Shown here piece by piece: positions 55,094-64,000 of a DNA stretch of 64,000 bases. Within the stretch, counting starts at the first letter, position 1, and the number at the start of each line of letters is the position of its first letter. Source of the DNA: Macrostomum lignano (lineage: Eukaryota). The stretch lies in assembly GCA_002269645.1 (NCBI GenBank), contig NIVC01002521.1, forward strand, positions 62,001-126,000. The letters run 5' to 3'. The notes below the pieces were generated by a model that was not told the DNA's origin, did not search any database, and saw only the letters and a list, made by a program, of their open reading frames with translations. A program made the translations under genes and the position numbers.

Positions 55094-55222
55094 TACCCTT
55101 CAGAATCCACCCCTTCGTCTTTACCCTCCAGAATCCACCCCTGGGTCTTTGCCCTCCAGAATCCACCTCTGGGTCTTTACCCTCCAGAATGCACCCCTGG
55201 GTTTTTACCCTCCAGAATCCGC
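55094..55222. repeat. 28-bp tandem repeat, about 5 units
   Basis: CAGAAT(C/G)C recurs at 55101, 55129, 55157, 55185 and 55213. Confidence 0.9.
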
Positions 55223-58200
55223 CCACAGAATCTACAGCAATATGTAACGAAGACAACAAAACTAACCAGCCAAAAACACCTTTTGCACTCATTTAGATTC
55301 TGCCCGATTGCTACGAGGGCTTCCAGCGCGCTCTGCCGTTGCCGAAGTTCTGGGCTGCCGGCTTTCTTTGTCCAGCCGGACCTGGGGCCCAGGATTTACA
55401 ACGCCTATGGCCTGACCGCTGCGACGCCAATGGGGCACAAGTTCAGTGAAAACAGAATCACAATATACTAAATCTCTAAGTTAACTGACTAAAAATGACA
55501 CTTAAATCTTTCGCTACAGCTACCATAAATTAATTCTGGTAAAAAATACTGTGTCTTTTCTTCGATTTCTGGGTTCTTTGCTTTCATTTTGATTTGTTTT
55601 TTGCGTTTCTCTGTTCCAAGCGCTTACTTTTAGTTATGTTTTGATATTAGAATACACACACAGGTGCAGTCACACGATTTTTGCCGAATTTTTCGGACAA
55701 GTTTGTAGATAAGTCGTTTACGTTGTACATTTTTGAGAGTTTGGCTTGCCTTCATGGTTTGACTTATTTTTTGGGGGAGAGGGACCATAGGGGAATGAGA
55801 GATTATCATAGACAGCCAGATACACACAGACAGACAGACATTAAGACGGAGTCTCTCCTCCCTCAAGTTAACCTTCAACAGCTTGTTTGGCAAGAGTACT
55901 TTATTTATTAATTCATATAAATACAATCCGTTTAGATTTAAACTGATATATTCTAACGAAATATTCTAACGGCAATGTTGCAGTTTGTTTTGCGTAATTA
56001 TTTTTACTTTTGAATACACGCTAACGTATCACGAAGTTATGAACAATCAAATAAGTGAACATTAACAGGACTATAACATCGCTCATTTGTCACTGAATCC
56101 TCAAAAGTAGATTGGCAGCAGGTACAACCTCAGCAGGTGGGATTATAAATGATGGTGCAGCTGGACATCCTGCCATGACTTGCGAAATATTGTAAATCTT
56201 AAGCAATTCTAGGTTTGGGAAATCTTGAGCAGTGTAAAAGATTGCTGTCTTCCTCCCTCACTAAAACTTGCCCTAAAGTGTCTATGGCCTTTTCAGATGA
56301 CGTGGCATGACAAGTCAGCACGAGTTTAAACCCTCCGTGACACGTTGGCGTGTATTCAAAATTAAAAATAATTACGCGAATTTTCAAACTGCAACAAACC
56401 AACTCTTATACATGAAACTAAAGGAAGTCAAGTCGTCAAGTCAAGTTAACTTGTCACACGCTGTTGCACCTACTCATCTAACTGAGCGTCTGCTACAGAG
56501 TTCAGCATAAAAATTTTTGTTGGCTTCCAAAAAATGCGAATAAAAATTAAATATTAGTTTAAATATCTCTGCTAAAAAGTTTAAAGCGGTTCTCATTTCT
56601 CCTGTAACCCTACTTTAAATAAAGTATGCTTTTTCTTCTTCTATTCTTTTACCTCTTCTGCCTCCGATGAAAATTTCTAGCTTTTGATAAAAAAATTGCT
56701 TTCAATATAATTCGACCCTAGCTCAAACTTATGATTTTGCTTTTCGGTTATCCTGCTTCTTGGTTGGATTGTTCTTGCATGGCTTGCCAGTTATGAATTA
56801 GGAAATGTAATTAAAAAAATCAATAAAGCTCTCCAATGCTGTAAACTGATTTTGTTGTATTCGGGAATACAACAAATGGCATACTGAAAACATTATAAAA
56901 CGTTTAGCTGTAGTCACTTACTTACCTACATGTACATGTAATTTGCTATAGTAACTTTATACTATTTGCATGTATGCGACAGAACGTCCAGATTAAGATT
57001 AGAGAAAGCATAGTCTACAACTCAATATGTATGCATAATTCTGGGAACTGTCCGTATGTAAATTACGAATTTGTATGTAATTCGAATTCTGTTCGCGGCT
57101 ATATACGAAGGAAAATCTTTTTCCTTCCTGCCGTGCTCAAGTATATATATATGTATATATACATATATACGACGGGGCTAAAGTATGACTCAACAGACTA
57201 GACTCGTGTCTAGACAGACCATAAAGTTCATGTAAACGTCTGAACGCCTAGTTAGGGCCCTAGCCCTAAGCCCTAGCTGAGACTGCAAAAAGTCGAGACA
57301 GTAAAACTGCAAAAGGACTTTTAACATGTTTGTCATACAGACAGATAAACAGACATACAGACGGCTTTTGCAGCAGCTACTTATCTACATGCACCTAGGC
57401 GCTGGGTAAATGTTTTAGCAGGCAAAATTTAGAAAAATTTTAGCAAGCCTGTTTTTTCTGTCTCCGCAGTGTAATGTTTGATGGATATTAGCCTCCAAAA
57501 ATTATAAAATTGCATGGCCAATGTACTGCTAGAGGTCTTGAGAAAGTGTCTGAATAATTTTACTTTACTTTAAAACTGTATTAAATGCATGACATTTAAC
57601 AATAACAATAGTATCGCTGCGTTCCCATATGAACTTTAGAAATCATAAATTTACGATACATTAAATAAAAAAGGTAATTAGTTCCTGTTGTCAACAGCTA
57701 CGGAAAAAATTAATAACAAAACTAAACTTACTTTTCGATTTTATAACTTGTTCATGATAGAAGCAGGAGAGTTTCTAACTTTTATCACAATACCTTTAAA
57801 ACTGAAGACTTTTTACCAGACAAAAAATGTATCTAAGGTAGTACAACAGTTAAACTTTCAAATAAAGAATATAATTTTTTTAAAATACGATACATTAATA
57901 CGGTACCGGTATATAATGGATCTTCGACTTCAATGAAAATAAATATGACAGGAACTAAATGTGCTTCACCCCAAGTGTTACAAAAGATTACTGTGTTTAA
58001 TATTAGCACTGCTAGACTCAAACCGTGCCAAAAGATAAACAAGCCAATAAAATAAAGACCATGAGTCCATGACTTCATGAGAGTTACTTTAGGCCTGCAA
58101 CAGCCACACTAATGGACTGCCACATCGCTAACTTGCAGGCGGTTGAGCTTACCCTTCAGACTACTGCTGATATTAGCAGCAGTGTGAGCTGCGAGCGCGT

Positions 58201-58628
58201 GCACGCAAGGGCATCAAGACGCACCCTGTGCATCTTAGTTTAGGCTATTGGCTAACCCAATATCAATTTGGCTTATGAGTGGCTCTCCAATACATTATCG
58301 CGAGCTTAATCACTTAAATTCTACAATCCCAAAATGAGCTACTGATTTAAAGTACTACGATTACAGACAAAGTATGGGTGCTAATACTAAAATTAAAAAA
58401 AATAATTTCCACTGTTTTTTTATTTATGATCGAATAAATAATACTTTTTACTCTTTCGATACTACTTTTCTAATACGTGTATTTTCATCAATTAAACCAG
58501 CAATCCTCTAATCCTTATAATAATCCTCATTACCATAATTTAACGTTTGTTCACTTAAATTTTAATTTATGCTTTTCTGCATGTTCTACTTTTTTACACG
58601 CACAATATTTACATTAAGATAATATTTT

Positions 58629-58700
58629 GTCTAGCAGGATTCGAACCTCAAACCTTCTAATTTCAAGTCAGGCCCACTGGCCACTCGACCAATTTTTAGC
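58629..58700 (-). pseudogene. tRNA-like sequence (SINE head or tRNA pseudogene)
   Basis: A box TGGTCGAGTGG, B box GGTTCGAATCC, CTGA-CTTGAAA-TTAG anticodon arm (TGA); acceptor and T stems do not pair and there is no long variable arm. Confidence 0.55.
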
Positions 58701-59348
58701 GGTGTCTATTTTTAGCACTCAGACAATTCCCAGAGTTCTCATTCCCGTCCGCGGGTGCACTCGACCAGCCCACCCTAGCCCACACGGACCAATAGCAGCG
58801 TTCCTTGGCATATCTAGCGTACTATCACTGTGCGCACTGTGTGGACTCTCAAGGACTAGCCTGTGTGGGTCCACACGTGGACTCACTAGCTTGCCACATA
58901 TTTTTTGTTAAGTGGATTGTCTGGCTAGCCCACGGCTGTTAGGTGCCTCCGCCGTCCGAGCCTCTCCCCATGCGTCATTCTATTTTTAGACTGAGGGTTT
59001 CGCGAACCCCGTGTCCCGAGCCGAACCCTCCCCCTTGTGCAGCCTTGTGCGCACAAGCCCAAATTTGGCATGCTTTTTTCACTAGTGGCTTGAGGCGACT
59101 GTCGGCGCTTTGAACAAGCTACTCTCTCCCCCTATGTTTAATCAATATCTGTTGTGCATCATTATTCGCACTTTTTGGGCTGCCGTTCCATGATCAAGCC
59201 ACGGAATGCCCAAACGCTCCACCCTCCGCGTTCTATATCAATGCTTGCAGGCCGTTGTCTGAATTTTCTCCTCAGAACCGCCTCGTGAGGACTTGTCGAG
59301 AGCCTTCTCCAAGTCTAGCGCTCTAGCGCCGGTTAACAGCGAAGCAAA

Positions 59349-59480
59349 GCTCCTGAGCAGGTCTTGGTAGAGAAAAGCATCGCTAGAAGCAGCCGCAAGC
59401 TCCTGAGCAGGTCTTGGTAGAGCATTGCGGCGCTCAAGCAGAAAGCACGCTCCTGAGCAGGTCTTGGTAGAGCATTGCTA
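59349..59480. repeat. 50-bp tandem repeat (3 copies of a 24-bp invariant core)
   Basis: GCTCCTGAGCAGGTCTTGGTAGAG at 59349, 59399 and 59449. Confidence 0.9.
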
Positions 59481-60412
59481 GTGCTATAGCTCTGGTTTCC
59501 AGCATACCCTATCGGCAGGAAATCAGTTGGCTAAGGCCATTCTGCTGTTGTCCATTCGCGACACAGGCGCGAATAAGAGTGAGAGTGAGTGTGCAGTCGC
59601 AGCACTCGTGCGCGATTCTAAGAAATAGCTGATAGCTTAGTTAGCGTGAGTCTATTGCTGCTTCGGGCGCATAGACCATTCCTCGCCGCCCATCTGCGCG
59701 AGACTTAGCTGTTAGGTTAGTACGAGTTAGGGGTCCTCTGAGAGCTAAACTCAGACACGCTCAAGCGCGGACATTGTCAGTGCCAGGACTGCGCCGCTCA
59801 GGCCATTGCTACCATTGAGTCCTGTCACTTGGACATTGAAATATCTGAGACTAGTTGTTCTAGCGTTATTTATTTGCGTAGAAACCAATCAGACCCCTTC
59901 ATTGCGGATCCTACGGTTCCCACGCTGGAGGCAGCACTACCCTTGATCCTAGATTTCTCTTCAGTCTCAGCCCCCGTAAGAGTGTTCGCTAAGGTTGTCC
60001 GGGACGACAGCAGTCCACCTAGCCGGAGCAAACAAAAGCTCAGCTACTACACTGGTGTTAGCGGTGGGATTCCAAGGCGGTTAGGTTTTCTATTGCACGC
60101 ACCCAGTAAAGAAATAGGCAGACTGCTGAAAGAAATAGGAGAAATAGAAGAAATTTGTTTCTAGCGGACGCTCGATATCGCATTGTATCTTTGTAAGTAA
60201 ATCCTGACTTACTTTAAACCATTTTCTGTAACCTTCAGTTGCATTTTAATATTTAATATTTAATATTAACTATTTAAAACAGTCTACTTATATATTTGTA
60301 GACAAAATGTTTAATGCAACTACAGCCAGAATCACCACGCAAGATCTGACAGGTTTTATCGGTTCCATCGATCAAATTTATTGTTAAGGAGCATAAGGAT
60401 GACGTTAAAGAC

Positions 60413-60916
60413 ATGGTTCGAGAACTTTGGGCAAGATTATCTAAAGATGAAGAAAGGCATCTGCGAGTCAGTGAAGAAATGAAAATACGGAAGATGAAGG
60501 AGAAAGCCACGGATTTATTCCATAAACTTCAAAGTTCGCTTCAATATGAGAACGAGCAAGCGGCTCAGGCAGAGGTAATTAGTGAGGGGGAGTTAGAAGC
60601 CATCTGCAACGACATCACACGCCGAGGTCCTGTTGACAATGGGGTGCCGGAACTGCATGAAAACTTGGTTAAGCAGGACCAAATTTACAACCGGCGAACT
60701 TGGGTGGCAGCATTTTTTCTTGGAAAAGTGTATGACCAATTTATTATGAGGCATCAGCAGACATTAACAAGCCTGGCGGAACTGTTCAGCGTGAGTTACT
60801 ACCACGTGCAATCCCGCAATAACATCTATACTCTGGTGACCGAGCTTCTACGGCTCCGCTTTTGCTCTGTTTCGGCTACATTCCTGCATGACAACTCTAG
60901 GACAATTCGGATGTAG
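60413..60916 (+). CDS. Uncharacterised helical protein (probably an exon of a spliced gene starting near 59829)
   Basis: 167-aa open frame; GTAAGT donor at about 60192 and CTTCAG acceptor at about 60238 upstream. Confidence 0.4.
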   Translation: MVRELWARLSKDEERHLRVSEEMKIRKMKEKATDLFHKLQSSLQYENEQAAQAEVISEGELEAICNDITRRGPVDNGVPELHENLVKQDQIYNRRTWVAAFFLGKVYDQFIMRHQQTLTSLAELFSVSYYHVQSRNNIYTLVTELLRLRFCSVSATFLHDNSRTIRM

Positions 60917-63900
60917 AGATCTCCAAACACAGTAGCCTACTAAAAGTAGTAACAAAAAATTATGAACACAAATTTAAAAATAGCCATGTGTCATACTCTA
61001 TTTTTAGTAATACCAGTCATATCACGCAAACAGCGAGTGGCTATGCTATTGTTCGAAAAAACCGGTTCTCGACATCTATTTTTAGAACTTCCAAATATGG
61101 TAAATGTTAGCCTGAATGTAACTCAAGTCTCACCCCTTTCTATTCAAAAACCCCATCAAAAAACCGGTTTTGAGCGCAAGGTCGACTTAAGGCCGAAAAA
61201 TTGTGTATAAATACAAACGCAAAATCCGAGCTGAAATCTCAGACTCGGAGCAGCCTCTGAAGATCTTGAAGCTTGCTAGAGCAGCTAAGCGAGGCCATAT
61301 CTCTGAGGAAATACCTACCGTTCGGTAAGCTCTGGTTAGAGCCTTTGTTATTGATTTTGAGAGCGATTTATTGCCGGCCGTTACTGTCCAGTCGATTTGA
61401 CTGAGTTCATTGAATTTGAGGCCTCCCGTTTTTCTAAGGGATTGGATAGGATCTGCGGACCGATTCCGATACCCTTAGAGGATTATCGATTGATTGATTT
61501 TGGTTATCCTAGATTAACCGATAGGAGCACACGACTCCGATTCCGTTATTTCTAGAAGAAGACGCCCTTCTTGGACGACCTCGTTGTTAATACAGAAGGT
61601 GATTTTATTACAAGGGCGCATCGTTGATATTGATTACTGAGCTTAAGGCCTATATTGATTTGCATTCGAGAAATACTGCGACGTCGCCTGATTGGATTGT
61701 CACGCTCTCATTCGGCCGATTCGAGGCTTCAAGAAGATTCCTCCGAAGAAAAGAAGAAGATTTGAAGAAACGAGCTCGGAGAACCTGCACTACAAAGAAG
61801 AGGAGCCCGCAACAGTAAGTGATCACTGATTTTGTTCCCAGGCTTAAGTGTCTGGAAGTGGGAGTTTTCGGGAGACTGATCACCTCCCGAATCAACTCTT
61901 CACGGAGCGAAAGATGGTGGCAAACGGATGCAGCAGATTGGCTAGATCCGACTCCCCCAACAAGACCTCCACTAGCGGCTGAACTTCAAGAGCTTCTCGA
62001 TGAGCACTGAGGTATGTGAAATGACGGAATACACCGTGTGTATTATTGGCCCTTCCAATGTGTAAAATTGCTTTAAAAGTTTCATTAGTAAATAAAAGTT
62101 GTCACACGTCTGTTTGACTGTTTTGTGCTTTACAACTCTGCATTCCATTTTGTACCTTTCAATTCAATAAAAATATATATACGAGCGTATATTCAAACTA
62201 ACCACTATAGTTATAATCATGCTGTGTCAGTTAGTGAGGCCACAGTCCCATGCAGTAAAATTGTGCTCGTTTTTGTCGTGAAAAAGCTTTGTTATTTTTA
62301 TCTTAGAATTCCTGCTTTGCAAGTCTTCCAAGTAATCAATTATTATTGGTATCCATTACGTACATTTACAACCTTCCGGAAATGTCTAAATGGTTCGTGC
62401 TGGGGGCGTAGTTGTGACCTTAAAAATAACGCATCTGTAACGTATCAATATAACTCAATTTGGGACGCCTCCGTTACGTCCCGATACGTACAATTGTTAT
62501 ACGGGAGCTGGAGTAGCCTGTGCTCGACTGTTTTGTTTAATCATTTCCGCTGCTAATAAACTAATTATTACAACATACTCATACCTATTTATTTTCTCAC
62601 ATTATTTTTTCTTAATCATATTTACACTTACGTGCATTTATTGCTTGCATTTTTCGCACCCGTCCACAACCATGTTCTTATAAGCGTATTAATTTACCCA
62701 TATACACTCGCTTGCAATTAATTATTCAATTAATTAATATTAAATTAATAAAGCGTTCAGTACGACTTTGCTTTTGAAAGATTACAAAGGATCTGTGATA
62801 ACTCCACATCCTGAAGGTAACAGGCTTGAAGACAACACAATGGACGAGTGTAAATCGAAACCTAACATCGCTAAAAAGTATGGTTGAAATTCAACAACTT
62901 TACGTTTGTGGGCTGGAAGGATATGGTTAATACAAATCAAATCTTGAGATACAGTCTACTCCACTGTGAAAGTAGTGGTATCCAGGCTTGGAAGTCGTCT
63001 TGATCTCCGGTTAAATCCGGATGAGTTTTAAACTGATTGCATGCCAATCATTGGTCAGCATATAACCACGACTTAGCTTATCGAGCTGATAAACTATCAC
63101 CAAAAGACGAATTACGTATGAAACATGAAGCAGACCGAAATATAATTTAAGGCTTAGGAAAGATTTTTCGTAAATCGATCACACACAAACCTACTTAGAT
63201 AGATAGAATAGATAAATAGATTGGGGTTTGTAAAATTTAGACCTATTAAACTTATAAAAAATAACCTAGGACCAAAGAGTAGGAGCCTACAGTCTGGTAT
63301 GCAAAATTGGGCTGTCGGATACATACTCTATACACCTATGTTTAAACTAGTATGGCACCACAAAGCGAATGTTGTGACACCCAAAAAAGGCAAAAATTTA
63401 GGCAACATAGTTTATGGTGCATCAAATTCTAAATAGCAGACAAACTAAACTTACCTGACATCTAAATTCTTGAAATAAAACAAATAAACTAGAGTAGTGG
63501 CATGCAAAACAGTTTAGATATGACCTTATGGCTTGGCTTACGAAGTACAAGGGGTGTTGCAAGTTTCTGAACTGTGTTCCCTGTGGACAGCAGGATTGTT
63601 TAAATAAGTGGAATTTTAGCTACTATTGTCTTGCACATTTTTTCTGTTGTATAAAGTATATGACCAGTTATATGTCCACGGACAGGTAGTAGAAAATATT
63701 TTTAAATGCACTTAAATGTAACTATACCGGTAATACCGGTGTATTAACAATATTTTTATTATAATAAAAGCATTTGAGCATGTATATTTATCAATTTAAG
63801 ATCGAAATATCCATACAGGTACATGTAGAGATACAGAGCAATACAGAGAAAATAACGATGCAAAATTTAGATCACCTCACAGGAACAAAGTAAGCTAAAA

Positions 63901-64000
63901 ATGTTATAAGGTTTACAACCATCTTACCACAAGTTGATGAGAAATTAAATTTTGATGATTCCACGCTTGACTACAACGTAACATTTCTGTGAATTTACAA

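Noticed and set aside
59349-59480. CRISPR-like look: 24-bp identical repeats with 26-bp spacers
   Set aside because: The spacers are homologous to each other (CGCT..AAGCAG..GCA), there are only three units, no cas genes, and the context is eukaryotic. It is a 50-bp tandem repeat.

Overview
Eukaryotic, almost entirely transposon-derived window with no recognisable host housekeeping gene. It is probably a flatworm such as Macrostomum, inferred only from a recalled spliced-leader sequence. The left half (about 1.07-29.6 kb) is a head-to-tail array of APE-RT non-LTR retrotransposons of Jockey/I-group type, with two unusual properties. (1) ORF1p carries an intact AlkB-like 2OG-Fe(II) dioxygenase domain upstream of the normal gag region (PRE_C2HC-like plus three CCHC knuckles). 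It is seen in three copies and is conserved mainly at the protein level. (2) Most copies end in a conserved double hairpin plus an (AAC)n tail. At four junctions the tail is followed by a remnant, AAAGACGGTCT at three of them and GACGGTCC at the fourth. This matches the 5' end of the flatworm spliced-leader (SL) exon as I recall it (CCGTAAAGACGGTCTCTTACTG...). The array therefore looks like repeated site-specific insertion into an SL RNA gene. Nested in or next to it are a second LINE family, an approximately 840-bp SINE-like element (two copies), a 201-bp solo LTR, and two near-identical intact Chapaev/Transib-like DNA transposons with 218-bp TIRs. The right half holds hAT (BED finger) and mariner fragments, a decayed Ty3/Gypsy element with extra ORFs, an LTR plus PBS remnant, a tRNA-like head, short tandem repeats and several orphan ORFs.
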